Positions 47,401 to 57,809 are shown, counted from the stretch's first letter. The stretch is DNA of 64,000 nucleotides from Patescibacteria group bacterium (GCA_048617235.1 JBMCHT010000003.1:81958-145957); one strand, 5' to 3'. Made by a program: numbers and translations. The notes: generated from the letters alone by a model not told the origin.

Positions 47401-49110
47401 TTAAATAATGTCTTCGTTTAAATCAACTACTCGTCCAACTTCTTTTAAAGAAGTTACTCCTTCCAAAACTTTTAAAATACCATCCTGACGCATATCTAAT
47501 ATTCCTTGAGGAATAGCAGCCATTTTTATTTCTTTTTCATTAGGGTTTTCTATGGCTACTTTAGATACCGCTTCATCCATTAGAATGGCTTCAAATAAAC
47601 CTTGGCGTCCACTGTAGCCGGTATGATGGCATTTTTCGCATCCTTTCTCTGAGGCTACAAAAACTTCCTCCGGAACAATCGCATCAATGTTTGGTTTCTT
47701 TTTTTTAATGCTTGCCATTATTTTTTCAAACAAATCTTTTTCCCAGTCGGAAATCGGAGCTTTTTGTTTGCAATTTTGACACAGTTTTCTAACCAACCTT
47801 TGAGCAATAGGCATAGTTAAGCCGGAAGTTAAAATCTTAGGATTTATTTTTAGATCTATCAGTCTGGGTATAGCTCCGGCGGCGTTATTGGTGTGAAGGG
47901 TGGAAAAGACCATATGGCCGGTCAATGAGGCATTGATAGCGACATTAGCGGTTTCCGGATCTCTGATTTCTCCGACCATTATTACATCCGGATCTTGACG
48001 TAAAGCAGCTCGTAATCCGGATAAAAAAGTATAATTCTTTTTATGATCAACTTGAGTTTGATTTATTCCCGCCAAATGGTACTCAATCGGATCTTCAATG
48101 GTAATGGTTTTATTTTCCGAAGTGTTAATTTTTCTTAGAAAAGCATACAAAGTGGTGGTTTTACCGGAACCAGTTGGTCCGGTTAAAAGAACCATACCGT
48201 TGGGTTTTCGAATTTCTCTATCAAATATTTCAAATAGTTCTTTATCTATTCCCAGATCTTCAAAAGAGACTTTAATAGATTCAGGATTTAAAATTCTCAT
48301 AACCACCGATTCACTATAGGGTCCGGGAACAACTGAAGTTCTGATTTCTATCTCATTATCGCCGGCTTTAATACTAAAGCGTCCATCTTGAGATGTTTTG
48401 GTAATATTTAATTTTAAACCGGAAACTAGTTTAATTCTGGATAAAATTTGTTTATATATTTTTAAATTAAATTTAGATACTATTTGTAATATTCCATCTA
48501 TACGATAACGCAGGCGAACTACTTCTTCATCCGGCTCTAGATGAATATCTGAAGCTCCGGTAGCTAAACCACCGGATAATATTATTTCCAATAAATCCGA
48601 AATTCCACCGGATTGTAGGTTTTTTTCAACTGATTGATTTATTTCTTTTTCAATATCTGAAATATTATTCAGTTTATTTATAATATCATTTATGGCTTCA
48701 TCTGAAATATCTATTAAACCACCTTCGGTTTTTTCAGACTTAGATATTTCACCGTAATATTTCCAAGCAGACTCTAAACTATTAGTTGAAGAAACATATA
48801 TAATTACCTTAAAATTATTTCTTTCAAAATCTTTTATTATTTCTTTAACTTTATCTTTTTCAGGTGAATTAACAGCTATGGATAACTTTTTTCCGTTAAT
48901 ACTAAAACAAGCCGCTCCGGCTGCTCTGGCTTCTTCTTTGGGGATCATTTTAAGAGCATCGGTATTGATCGATATTTTAGAAAGATCAACATATGGTAGA
49001 TTGTAACGATTAGAAATTATTTGAGCCAACTCTTCGGCTTCTTTAGCGTGAAGATCTGCTAATTTTTTTTTGTATTCAGATTCTTTTTTTTCGTCTTTAA
49101 AAGTGGTCAT
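47401..49110 (-). CDS. pilB: Type IV pilus assembly ATPase PilB (GspE/PulE family)
   Basis: ASDIHLEP, QDGRF, TGPTGSGKTTTLY, TIEDPIEY, LRQDPDVIMVGEIRD, STLHTN, CxxC pairs; ATG 49110 preferred over TTG 49146. Confidence 0.92.
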   Translation of the reverse strand: MTTFKDEKKESEYKKKLADLHAKEAEELAQIISNRYNLPYVDLSKISINTDALKMIPKEEARAAGAACFSINGKKLSIAVNSPEKDKVKEIIKDFERNNFKVIIYVSSTNSLESAWKYYGEISKSEKTEGGLIDISDEAINDIINKLNNISDIEKEINQSVEKNLQSGGISDLLEIILSGGLATGASDIHLEPDEEVVRLRYRIDGILQIVSKFNLKIYKQILSRIKLVSGLKLNITKTSQDGRFSIKAGDNEIEIRTSVVPGPYSESVVMRILNPESIKVSFEDLGIDKELFEIFDREIRKPNGMVLLTGPTGSGKTTTLYAFLRKINTSENKTITIEDPIEYHLAGINQTQVDHKKNYTFLSGLRAALRQDPDVIMVGEIRDPETANVAINASLTGHMVFSTLHTNNAAGAIPRLIDLKINPKILTSGLTMPIAQRLVRKLCQNCKQKAPISDWEKDLFEKIMASIKKKKPNIDAIVPEEVFVASEKGCEKCHHTGYSGRQGLFEAILMDEAVSKVAIENPNEKEIKMAAIPQGILDMRQDGILKVLEGVTSLKEVGRVVDLNEDII

Positions 49111-49266
49111 GTGTTTTATTTTAACTTTTTTGGACTTTTTACTCAAATTAATTTTCTTTACTCATTACTAACATTGGCGAGTGACGAAAGCAATCTTGAC
49201 TGATCTCTTTTTAAACTTTACGATTTTAAAAGTGAATTTAATTATTATTTCTTATATAATTAATTT

Positions 49267-49698
49267 ATGTTTGAAGATAGAAAATATGATTTAGAAGAAT
49301 TGCCGGATGTGGCTAGTTGTTTATTGGCTGAAATTAAAAAAAATAATTGGTCGGTTGTCGGTTTATCCGGTCAACTAGGAGTCGGTAAGACCACTTTAGT
49401 GCAAGAAGTAGCCAAACAGTTTGGGATTTTGGAAAAAGTAACCAGTCCCAGTTTTGTGGTGGGACAATTTTATAATTTACCAACTGGTGATTGGCAGAGA
49501 TTGGCTCATTTTGATTTTTATCGTTTAAATTCTCAAGCAGATGTGGCGTTTATTGGTTGGCCGGAGGTGGTTAATGATAAAAATATTTTAAGCTTGGTGG
49601 AGTGGCCGGAAAACATAAACCAGAAACAATGGCCTGTAGAAGCTCCTATTTTTAAAATGTCGGTTTTGGATAAAGGAAAGAGGCTTATAAAGTTATAG
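49267..49698 (+). CDS. tsaE: tRNA threonylcarbamoyladenosine biosynthesis ATPase TsaE
   Basis: LSGQLGVGKTT, VTSPSF, HFDFYRL, VEWPE. Confidence 0.93.
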   Translation: MFEDRKYDLEELPDVASCLLAEIKKNNWSVVGLSGQLGVGKTTLVQEVAKQFGILEKVTSPSFVVGQFYNLPTGDWQRLAHFDFYRLNSQADVAFIGWPEVVNDKNILSLVEWPENINQKQWPVEAPIFKMSVLDKGKRLIKL

Positions 49699-49735
49699 TT
49701 TGCTGTTTGGTAATCATAGCGGTAGAATGTTCTTA

Positions 49736-52093
49736 ATGGTTAAAAAAACCGCTATTTCTTTACCTGAAAATTATAAAGCCAGATTGGTTATTTTAGATAC
49801 CCACGCTATTCTACATCGAGCCTATCATGCTTTACCGGATTTAACCGATTCGGCCGGCCAACCATCCGGAGCTCTTTACGGTTTAATTGCAATTTTAATA
49901 AAATTAATTGGAGAATTACAGCCTGATTATATTATTGCCGCTTATGATCGACCGGAAGAAACTTTCAGAAAACAAATTTATGGAGAGTATAAAGCCGGTC
50001 GAGCTAAAACGGATGATTCTTTAATTAATCAAATAAATCGTTCAGTGGAGGTTTTGGAAGCTTTTGGAGTTAAAATTTATTCTGCCGCCGGTTTTGAGGC
50101 AGACGATATCATCGGTACCATAATTAAACAATGTCTTAAAACCAAAACATTGCAGACTGTAATCGTTTCCGGCGATTTAGATACTTTACAATTGGTTTTA
50201 GATGATCAAGTGGTGGTTTATACTATGCGCAAAGGTATAAAAGATACTGTTTTATATAATGAAAAAGAAGTAATTAACAGGTTTGGTTTTAAACCGGACA
50301 AATTACCGGATTACAAAGGTCTACGAGGTGATCCTTCGGATAATATTATTGGAATTGCCGGTATTGGAGAAAAAACAGCTACTGATTTAGTAATTAAATT
50401 CGGTAGTATGGAAAATTTATATACTGTCTTAAATAAAAATCCTCAAGAATTGGAAAAGCAAGGATTTAAGCCAAGAGTAATAAAATTATTGACCGAAGGA
50501 GAAGAAGAGGCTTTATTTTCAAAAACTTTAGCTGAAATACGTAAAGATGCTCCTATAAATTTTGTTTTACCGGAATCTAAATGGTTGATTGACGACAACA
50601 GTTTGACAGCGGAAACCAAAATGGCCAATCTCGGTTTTAGAAGTTTAATTGAACGCTGGCGTTCTTTAACTGCTAAAGAATTTTCTCAGGATACTCAAAT
50701 AAATGTGCCGGAAAAAGAGTGGCCAAGTTTAAAAATAGCTACTTGGTTGTTGTGTTCGGATTTGACAGATCCTTCAGCTGAGGATGTTTTTCGTTTGGCT
50801 GAAACTTCAATTTGGCCGGATGTTAAAAACAATTTGGAAAAAAAATTACAAGACTTCGATTTATTAAAAATCTATAAAGATATAGAATTACCTTTATATC
50901 CAATTATTCAAAAAGCGGTTGAGAGAGGTTTTTTAATAAATGTTGAACATTTTCAAAAATTAAAAAAGAAATACAAACAAAAATTAAATAAAGCAGAGAC
51001 AAAAATATATAAATTAATCGGTCGAGAATTTAATATTTCCTCGCCCAAACAATTGGGTGAAATTTTATTTCAAGATTTGGGTTTATCTAAAAAAGGTTTA
51101 AAAAAAACAGCCGGTGGTAATCAATCTACCAGAGAATCTGAATTAATTAAATTAAAAGATGAACATCCTGTAATTCCTTTAATTTTAGAATACCGTGGTT
51201 TATTTAAAATATTAACTACTTACGTTGAAGCTATTTTGGAATTAACAGATAAAAATAATTGCCTACACACTCATTTGCATCAAACGGGTACTACCACCGG
51301 TCGTTTTTCTTCTACTAATCCCAATTTACAAAATATACCGGTGGGGGAGGAATACGGTCAAGACATTAGACAGGGTTTTATTGCCAGGCCAGGCTTTGTT
51401 TTTTTGAGTGCCGATTATTCTCAAATAGAATTGAGAATAATGGCGGTTTTAGCCAAAGATCAAGATTTAAAAAATGTTTTTGTTCAAAATCAAGACATCC
51501 ATACTTCCGTGGCTTCTAGAGTTTTTAAAGTTGAGCCGGAAGCGGTAACCAAAGAAATGCGCCGACAGGCTAAAGTAATAAACTTTGGCATAATTTATGG
51601 TATGGGTATTAGAGCTTTAAAAGATAATTTAGGGGTGGGAATAGAAGAGGCTAAAATATTTTATGAGCAATATTTTAAGTCGTTTCCTCAGATTAAAAAA
51701 TATATTGAAGGAACAATAACTGAAGTAGCCACTAAGGGTTTTACAGAAACTTTATATGGTCGCAAAAGATTTTTGCCGGAAATTAATTCCAGTGTTCCTT
51801 TTATTAAAGCCTCAGCTGAAAGACAAGCAATCAATGCTGCTATTCAGGGTACGACTGCTGATTTAATTAAAATAGCCACTATTAATATAGATAGAGAATT
51901 AAAAAGGTTGGAATTAGACGATAAATGTTTCTTTTTGTTGCAAATACATGATGAATTAATATATGAAATAAAAGAAACCGCTTATAAAAAAGTAGAAGCT
52001 ATTGTTAAAAATACTATGGAGTCGGTTTGGAAAGAAGAATTACCTCTTAAGGTGGATATTTCATTTGGTTCCACTTGGGCGGATTTGATTTAA
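49736..52093 (+). CDS. polA: DNA polymerase I (5'-3' exonuclease + polymerase; 3'-5' exonuclease domain largely absent)
   Basis: HRAYHALP, EADDIIG, GDPSDN, TGRFSSTNPNLQNIP, ADYSQIELR, AK.INFGIIYG, QIHDEL. The track TTG at 49700 is the -35 box of TTGCTG-N17-TAGAAT-N7-ATG. Confidence 0.96.
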   Translation: MVKKTAISLPENYKARLVILDTHAILHRAYHALPDLTDSAGQPSGALYGLIAILIKLIGELQPDYIIAAYDRPEETFRKQIYGEYKAGRAKTDDSLINQINRSVEVLEAFGVKIYSAAGFEADDIIGTIIKQCLKTKTLQTVIVSGDLDTLQLVLDDQVVVYTMRKGIKDTVLYNEKEVINRFGFKPDKLPDYKGLRGDPSDNIIGIAGIGEKTATDLVIKFGSMENLYTVLNKNPQELEKQGFKPRVIKLLTEGEEEALFSKTLAEIRKDAPINFVLPESKWLIDDNSLTAETKMANLGFRSLIERWRSLTAKEFSQDTQINVPEKEWPSLKIATWLLCSDLTDPSAEDVFRLAETSIWPDVKNNLEKKLQDFDLLKIYKDIELPLYPIIQKAVERGFLINVEHFQKLKKKYKQKLNKAETKIYKLIGREFNISSPKQLGEILFQDLGLSKKGLKKTAGGNQSTRESELIKLKDEHPVIPLILEYRGLFKILTTYVEAILELTDKNNCLHTHLHQTGTTTGRFSSTNPNLQNIPVGEEYGQDIRQGFIARPGFVFLSADYSQIELRIMAVLAKDQDLKNVFVQNQDIHTSVASRVFKVEPEAVTKEMRRQAKVINFGIIYGMGIRALKDNLGVGIEEAKIFYEQYFKSFPQIKKYIEGTITEVATKGFTETLYGRKRFLPEINSSVPFIKASAERQAINAAIQGTTADLIKIATINIDRELKRLELDDKCFFLLQIHDELIYEIKETAYKKVEAIVKNTMESVWKEELPLKVDISFGSTWADLI

Positions 52094-52208
52094 AATATCT
52101 TGTTAAACTAAATAAGGTTGCTGGTTTTTAACAAAAATGTTAAACTTCGTTTAGCCTTTTATGGTTGGAAAAGGTCGGTTTAAATTAAAATATTTAATAA
52201 AAAATAAT

Positions 52209-52487
52209 ATGAATAAAAACGCTATAATTTCTATTATAATAGTAGCTGTTTTGGTGGTAGGTGCGATTTGGTTCTTTTCTAATCGTGATGATGTTATGTC
52301 TGAAGATTTAGTAGATGACTTCTCGGAAGTTAATGAAGGAGAGGTTGAGGAAGGACAGTTGGTTACACCTCCGGCTCCAGTAGTTGATGATGAAGAAGGG
52401 GAAAATGATGAGAATATGGTTGAAGACGATGGAATGGACGATGGAGATCAAATGACTGAAGAAGAAGAAGAGGAAGAGGAGGAATAA
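52209..52487 (+). CDS. Small membrane-anchored highly acidic protein
   Basis: MNKNAIISIIIVAVLVVGAIWFF then D/E-rich tail ending in poly-E; promoter TTGCTG-N17-TAAACT at 52118-52146. Confidence 0.75.
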   Translation: MNKNAIISIIIVAVLVVGAIWFFSNRDDVMSEDLVDDFSEVNEGEVEEGQLVTPPAPVVDDEEGENDENMVEDDGMDDGDQMTEEEEEEEEE

Positions 52488-52505
52488 TCTAAGTTACTAA
52501 AAATC

Positions 52506-52538
52506 AAAACCGTCCTTTAGAGGACGGTTTTTGTTTTT
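52506..52538 (+). terminator. Intrinsic terminator
   Basis: AAAACCGTCCT-TTAG-AGGACGGTTTT followed by a T tract. Confidence 0.85.
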
Positions 52539-52598
52539 AAGTTTGTGTTATAATTACCTTGTAAATAAGTTGTAATTTAAAAACTAAGAGAAAAGTTT

Positions 52599-53216
52599 AT
52601 GGCTTTAAACTATACTCAGGAGTTAAAAAAAATAAAAGAAGAAGTTTTGAATTTAAAAGAATCCCCTTTGTTTGTTTATCGGACTGAAAATAAATACTTA
52701 CCGGTAGTTGGAGAAGGTAACCATCAAGCTGGAATAATGTTGGTTGGAGAAGCCCCAGGTTTAAATGAAGCCAAAAGCGGACGTCCTTTTTGTGGGTCTG
52801 CCGGTAAATTGTTAGATGAGCTTTTAGAAGGAGCCGGTTTGCAACGTTCTGCTGTTTATATTACTAACATTCTTAAAGATAGACCGCCTGCTAATCGTGA
52901 TCCTTTACCACAGGAGATGGTTATTTATACTCCTTTTCTTGATCGTCAGATAGACATTATAGAACCAAAAATTATAGTTGGTTTGGGGCGTTTTTCTTCT
53001 CATTATTTATTAAAGAAATTTGGATTTGAAGCTGAAGCTCAAATGACTATTGGAAATATCCAAGGAAAACTTTTCAAAATTTCAGAATTATCTAAAACCA
53101 AAGTTATAATACCAATGTATCATCCAGCAGCTGCTATTTATAATAGAAAATTATTAACGGAATTAAGTCAAGGGTTTAAAAAAATTAATAAATATTATAC
53201 CGAGTTAATAAAATGA
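52599..53216 (+). CDS. Uracil-DNA glycosylase family 4
   Basis: VGEAPGLNE...GRPFCGSAG, YITNILK.RPP.NRDP, YHPAA; the usual Fe-S cysteines are missing. Confidence 0.93.
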   Translation: MALNYTQELKKIKEEVLNLKESPLFVYRTENKYLPVVGEGNHQAGIMLVGEAPGLNEAKSGRPFCGSAGKLLDELLEGAGLQRSAVYITNILKDRPPANRDPLPQEMVIYTPFLDRQIDIIEPKIIVGLGRFSSHYLLKKFGFEAEAQMTIGNIQGKLFKISELSKTKVIIPMYHPAAAIYNRKLLTELSQGFKKINKYYTELIK

Positions 53217-53989
53217 AATCCCAATCTATTATTTCTTGGAATGTTAATGGGCTCCGGGCTTCTTACCGGAAAGGTTTTTTGGATTTTTTAAATCAGCAAC
53301 AACCGGATATTATTTGTTTGCAAGAAACTAAAATAGACAGTCCTAAACTTTTACCTTCAACTTTAACTCCACCGGGGGGTTATTTGGATTATTGGTCATG
53401 TGCCACCGAAAAAAAAGGTTATAGTGGAGTGGGAATTTTGTCTAAAATTAAGCCACTTAAAATAAAAACAGATTTTGGTCAAAGTTTATTGTCTACTGAA
53501 GGGAGAATTATTCAATTGGAGTTTAAGAACTTTATTTTATTAAATATATATTTCCCTAATGGGGGAGGGGGGCAAGCCAGGTTGGAATACAAACTGAAAT
53601 TCTTTTCTCAATTTTTAACTTATATTAAAAAACAAACAAAAATAAAACCGATATTATTTTGTGGAGATGTTAATATTGCTCATCAGGAAATGGATTTAGC
53701 TCGACCAAAAGAGAATAAAAACAGCATTGGCTTTTTACCGGAAGAAAGATTATGGTTGGATAAAATGGAAGTAGCCGGTTTTTTGGATGTTTTTCGTAGT
53801 TTTTATCCGGATAAAGTGGAATACAGTTGGTGGGATTATAAAACCAGAGCCAGAGACAGGAATGTTGGCTGGCGTTTGGATTATTTTTTTGCAGATAAAA
53901 AATTATTATCTAAAATAAAAAATATAGAAATTATGACAGAGATTCTAGGCTCCGATCACGCTCCGGTTAAATTGGAATTTAAACAATAA
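53213..53989 (+). CDS. xth: Exodeoxyribonuclease III / AP endonuclease
   Basis: SWNVNGLRA, LQETK, GYSGV, EGR, YFPNG, GDVNIAH, GWRLDY, SDHAPV. Confidence 0.96.
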   Translation: MKSQSIISWNVNGLRASYRKGFLDFLNQQQPDIICLQETKIDSPKLLPSTLTPPGGYLDYWSCATEKKGYSGVGILSKIKPLKIKTDFGQSLLSTEGRIIQLEFKNFILLNIYFPNGGGGQARLEYKLKFFSQFLTYIKKQTKIKPILFCGDVNIAHQEMDLARPKENKNSIGFLPEERLWLDKMEVAGFLDVFRSFYPDKVEYSWWDYKTRARDRNVGWRLDYFFADKKLLSKIKNIEIMTEILGSDHAPVKLEFKQ

Positions 53990-53990
53990 T

Positions 53991-54710
53991 ATGTTTTATA
54001 TAATCACTGGAGATGATGAAAGTAAGAGTTTATCAAAACTACAAGATTTAATTAGTGCTTTAAGGGTTAAACATTCCCAAGCAGTAATTAGAAAGATGTC
54101 AGCTGAGGATTTTGAACCGACTACTTTTAATGAATTAATTGGAGCTGAAGATTTGTTTACCGATAAAAGACTGGTAATTTTTAAAAGAATTTTAACAAAC
54201 AAAAATTCTGAAAAGTTTGTTTGGGGTCATATAAAATCATTGGCGGCCTCTAAACATATTTTTATTTTTTGGGAACCGGAATTGAGTTCGGAGGTAGAAT
54301 CCAAGCTTCGGCCACTGGCTGTTGGTTTTAAAAAATATGATAAAAAAATTAAAGAAAAAGTTGAAAATAAAAAAGACATTTTTAGATTAAGTGATACTTT
54401 TAGTCAAAAAAATAAAAAAGCTCTGTGGTTGGTTTATCACAGTTTAAGGCAATCAGGTTATGATCCAGAGGAACTTTTTTGGTCTTTATATCGTCAGGTT
54501 AAATCTTTATTGCTGGTAAAAAACAGTCACCAACTTAAAAGTTTAAAATGGCATCCCTTTTTTTTAAAAAAACAACAGCAATCCTCGGCTAATTTTACTA
54601 AAGAAGAATTGGCTATAATTATAACCAAATTATCCATCTTGTATTCTCAAGTAATCTTTGAAAAGAAAGACTGGGATGAATCTATGGAGGATTTTATTTT
54701 TAATTTTTAG
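53991..54710 (+). CDS. holA: DNA polymerase III delta subunit-like (short CPR form)
   Basis: YIITGDD, DLFTDKRLVIF, IFRLSD, HPFFLKK pattern. Confidence 0.65.
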   Translation: MFYIITGDDESKSLSKLQDLISALRVKHSQAVIRKMSAEDFEPTTFNELIGAEDLFTDKRLVIFKRILTNKNSEKFVWGHIKSLAASKHIFIFWEPELSSEVESKLRPLAVGFKKYDKKIKEKVENKKDIFRLSDTFSQKNKKALWLVYHSLRQSGYDPEELFWSLYRQVKSLLLVKNSHQLKSLKWHPFFLKKQQQSSANFTKEELAIIITKLSILYSQVIFEKKDWDESMEDFIFNF

Positions 54711-54713
54711 TTT

Positions 54714-54789
54714 TGGTGCCCCGTGAGGGATTTGAACCCCCGACCGTTTGCTTAAAAGGCAACTGCTCTACCAACTGAGCTAACGGGGC
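54714..54789 (-). tRNA. tRNA-Lys(TTT), CCA encoded
   Basis: GCCCCGT-TAGCTCAGTTGGTAGAGC...TTGC-CTTTTAA-GCAA...GGTTCAAATCC-ACGGGGC-ACCA. Confidence 0.96.
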
Positions 54790-54867
54790 AAAATAGACTA
54801 ATGTTTATTAAGATACAAGAAAAATAAAACTTTGTCCAATTAAAAAATTGGTATAGAGTAAGAAATA

Positions 54868-55350
54868 ATGGAAAAGAGATTCAATATTATTTTAATTCTA
54901 TATAATCTACGAAGCGAATATAATGTCGGAGCTATTTTTAGAACCGCAGAGGGGGCTGGTGTGTCTAAAATATATTTAGTGGGAACCACCCCAACCCCAA
55001 AAGATCGTTTTAAAAGATTAAATAAAAGTATTACTAAGACTGCTCTAGGGGCGGAGAAGAATGTAGCCTGGGAATATCATAAAACACTTAAATCAATAAT
55101 TAATATTCTAAAAAAAGAAAAAATCCCTTTAGTGGCTTTAGAGCAAGATAAAAAAAGTCTGGATTATCGTTGTTTTAAACCAAGCACCACAACAGCTGTA
55201 ATTGTGGGATCGGAAGTCAAAGGGTTGTCATCGGCAATTTTAAATTATTGTCAACAAATATTGGAAATTCCTATGCAAGGCCAAAAAGAATCTTTGAATG
55301 TATCAGTGGCAGTCGGAGTTTTATTGTTTCGTTTAAACGATTATTTTTGA
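54868..55350 (+). CDS. TrmH/SpoU family RNA methyltransferase
   Basis: NLRSEYNVGAIFRTA, KTALGAE, VGSEVKGL, IPMQGQKESLNVSVA. Confidence 0.93.
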   Translation: MEKRFNIILILYNLRSEYNVGAIFRTAEGAGVSKIYLVGTTPTPKDRFKRLNKSITKTALGAEKNVAWEYHKTLKSIINILKKEKIPLVALEQDKKSLDYRCFKPSTTTAVIVGSEVKGLSSAILNYCQQILEIPMQGQKESLNVSVAVGVLLFRLNDYF

Positions 55351-56207
55351 CATTTAGAACAAAAATGGGTACCTCGACCGATATGATTTATTTTTTTAAT
55401 TGGAGTTTGGCAATTAAGACAGGGTTTTTTCTCCCTGCCATAAACTTTTAAAAAGTGAACAAAATTACCCGGTTGACCGGAGGTGGTAACATAATTTTTA
55501 GAAGAAGTACCTTTGTGTTTTATGGCTAATTTTAAAATTTTAATTATATTTTGATATAATTTTTTAATTTGAGTTTCAGTTAAAGTGTAAGTTTTTCTAT
55601 CCGGTCTTAGGCCGGTTAAAAAACAAATCTCATCAACATATATATTTCCCAGACCGGCTATTTGAGTTTGATCTAATAATAGCTTTTTTAGACTGCGTTT
55701 AGGGTATTTTTTTATAATCTCTTTAAATTTATTAAAGGTAAATTCTTTAGACAAAGGTTCAATTCCTAATTTTTTTAATGAATTATCCAAATCTTCTTTA
55801 GTAACCAGTCTAACCCAACCAAATTTACGCATATCGTTAAAATAGAGAATTGAGTTATCTGTAAAATAAAAAATCAAGCGAGTAAATTTGTTGGGTAAAT
55901 TTACTTCTCCATCGGGTTGGGGGTGGCCTCCGGTAATTAATAAGTTGTTGGGTATAGAATAAATTAACTGGCCGGTCATTTTTAGGTGGATCAAGATGTA
56001 ATCATCGTTGTTTAATTTAAAGATAATAATTTTAGCTCGACGTTTTATGTCTGTGATAGATTTGTTTTGCAGTTTAAGTGAAAAAGATCGAGGTTTTAGA
56101 GGATGAACTGTTTTAGAGTTTTTAATCTTCACTTGTTGTATGGTTTTTAGAATTAAAACCTTTTTTAATTCTCGAGTGATAGTTTCCACTTCAGGTAATT
56201 CCGGCAT
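55341..56207 (-). CDS. mutM: Formamidopyrimidine-DNA glycosylase
   Basis: MPELPEVET, HLKMTG, DMRKFG, GLGNIYVDE, C-terminal zinc finger. Confidence 0.97.
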   Translation of the reverse strand: MPELPEVETITRELKKVLILKTIQQVKIKNSKTVHPLKPRSFSLKLQNKSITDIKRRAKIIIFKLNNDDYILIHLKMTGQLIYSIPNNLLITGGHPQPDGEVNLPNKFTRLIFYFTDNSILYFNDMRKFGWVRLVTKEDLDNSLKKLGIEPLSKEFTFNKFKEIIKKYPKRSLKKLLLDQTQIAGLGNIYVDEICFLTGLRPDRKTYTLTETQIKKLYQNIIKILKLAIKHKGTSSKNYVTTSGQPGNFVHFLKVYGREKKPCLNCQTPIKKINHIGRGTHFCSKCQK

Positions 56208-56211
56208 ATAT

Positions 56212-57237
56212 TTAAAATCTGTCTTTTTTAAAATCTTTAATTAATCTTAATCCACGATAGATTTGAAATGGTAAATAACGATTAATCAAAAAATACCCCG
56301 AACCGTAATTTTCAACAATACCCGGAAATTTTCTTTTAAAAGTAGATAAATTGTCTGTATTTTTGTTTTTTATACCGCCAAAACTATAAGTGCTAGCTTT
56401 TTGTTTTAAAGCCCATTTTAATCCATGCCAATGAATCAAATAAGAAGCTTGAAGAGTGCGGGCTTTGGAGTCTGTGCCCCCAAATAAATATAAAACCCTG
56501 TTGCCGAATTTAACCAAAATAACCGTGGCAATAATTTGATCTTCATATTCAGCATTAATTAAAACTTTAGTTTCATTTTCTTCAGCAAGAAAAAATTTGA
56601 GATAATAATCCTTAGGGTGTAGATTAAAATGTTGCCTTTGAGCAGTGTCTGTCATTAAACGATAAAAATTTTCAAAATGGTCTTCTAAATTGGAAGAATA
56701 TTCTTTTATTTTTACTTTATTTTTTTCAGCCTTGCGAATAAGATTACGAGCTTGGCTTTTAAAGTTTAGCCACATTTTGTCTTCATCTTCGGTTAAAGAT
56801 ACCACCCATTCTAATTGAGGTTGGCTCCCGGTTGGTTTTGGTTGCCAATTTCCGGCCGGTTTAGCTTCCGGCCAAATTATATTATTTGTTTTTATTTGAG
56901 GATCAAAATAAATGAACAAACATTGATTTTTTGTCATAATTTCTTTAAGAGATTGGTTGAGCATTTTTTTTATTTCCGGGGAATCGTCTGCTATAATCGG
57001 TCCATGGGGGATTATTAAATAAGATTGTCTGATTGGTAAGTTATATTTAAAACCTTGCCAAAAAGCGACCGGTTGATTGTTTTGATTATAAATAGTTTGT
57101 CTGAAACATTTACGGCCAAAATCTTTTTGCCAATTGAAATAAGCCGGACTTTGAGTGAAATGAGCTTGTTGTTCTTCCAGCCATTTTAAAGGAATATTAT
57201 TTCGGTCTGTTTTTTTGCAAAAGTAGTTCATAATCAA
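56212..57237 (-). CDS. FemABX family peptidoglycan bridge peptidyltransferase
   Basis: HFTQS, PHGPI, RNLIRKAEK, HPKDYY, YLFGG, FGGI, FKRKF. Confidence 0.85.
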   Translation of the reverse strand: MIMNYFCKKTDRNNIPLKWLEEQQAHFTQSPAYFNWQKDFGRKCFRQTIYNQNNQPVAFWQGFKYNLPIRQSYLIIPHGPIIADDSPEIKKMLNQSLKEIMTKNQCLFIYFDPQIKTNNIIWPEAKPAGNWQPKPTGSQPQLEWVVSLTEDEDKMWLNFKSQARNLIRKAEKNKVKIKEYSSNLEDHFENFYRLMTDTAQRQHFNLHPKDYYLKFFLAEENETKVLINAEYEDQIIATVILVKFGNRVLYLFGGTDSKARTLQASYLIHWHGLKWALKQKASTYSFGGIKNKNTDNLSTFKRKFPGIVENYGSGYFLINRYLPFQIYRGLRLIKDFKKDRF

Positions 57238-57809
57238 TGTCCGGAATTTAAATTTTTTAAAGCCGCTTTTATTTTTTCGTTAACTGTCTTTATATCCGGA
57301 GATATTTTCTGTAAAGCATTGTAAGCTTCTCGACCGGAAAAACCCAAGGCTTTTAGAGCCGATAAAGCTTCCGTGTCTTCATCGTTAATATTTTCATTAG
57401 TGGTTAAATTTTTTAGTTTATCTTTTAATTCCAAAATTATTTTTTGAGCGCTCTTGGGTCCGATACCGGAAATCTCCTTCAAGTAATCTACTTGACCGGA
57501 AGCGGTTGCTTTTTGTAACACCTCCGGGGAAGCTACACTTAATATATTTAAAGCCCCTTTAGGACCGACTCCGGAGACTTTTAATAATAACTTAAAAAAA
57601 GTTAATTCTTCGTTATCTATAAAACCATAAAGATCCAGAGTGTCTTCTCGAACCACTAAATAAGTTAAAAGTTCTATATCTTTTTTTTTAATTAACTCAG
57701 TTTTGGTCGGACTGGTAACATAAATCATATATCCAACCCCTCCGGCTGTATTTATAATCACTGTTTTTTCGTCTATATGGTTTATAGAACCTGTTATTTT
57801 CCCTATCAT
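57234..57809 (-). CDS. ruvA: Holliday junction DNA-binding protein RuvA
   Basis: GGVGY, VREDTLDLYGF, VSGVGPK, GIGPKSAQKIILELK, ALKALGF. Confidence 0.96.
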   Translation of the reverse strand: MIGKITGSINHIDEKTVIINTAGGVGYMIYVTSPTKTELIKKKDIELLTYLVVREDTLDLYGFIDNEELTFFKLLLKVSGVGPKGALNILSVASPEVLQKATASGQVDYLKEISGIGPKSAQKIILELKDKLKNLTTNENINDEDTEALSALKALGFSGREAYNALQKISPDIKTVNEKIKAALKNLNSGH

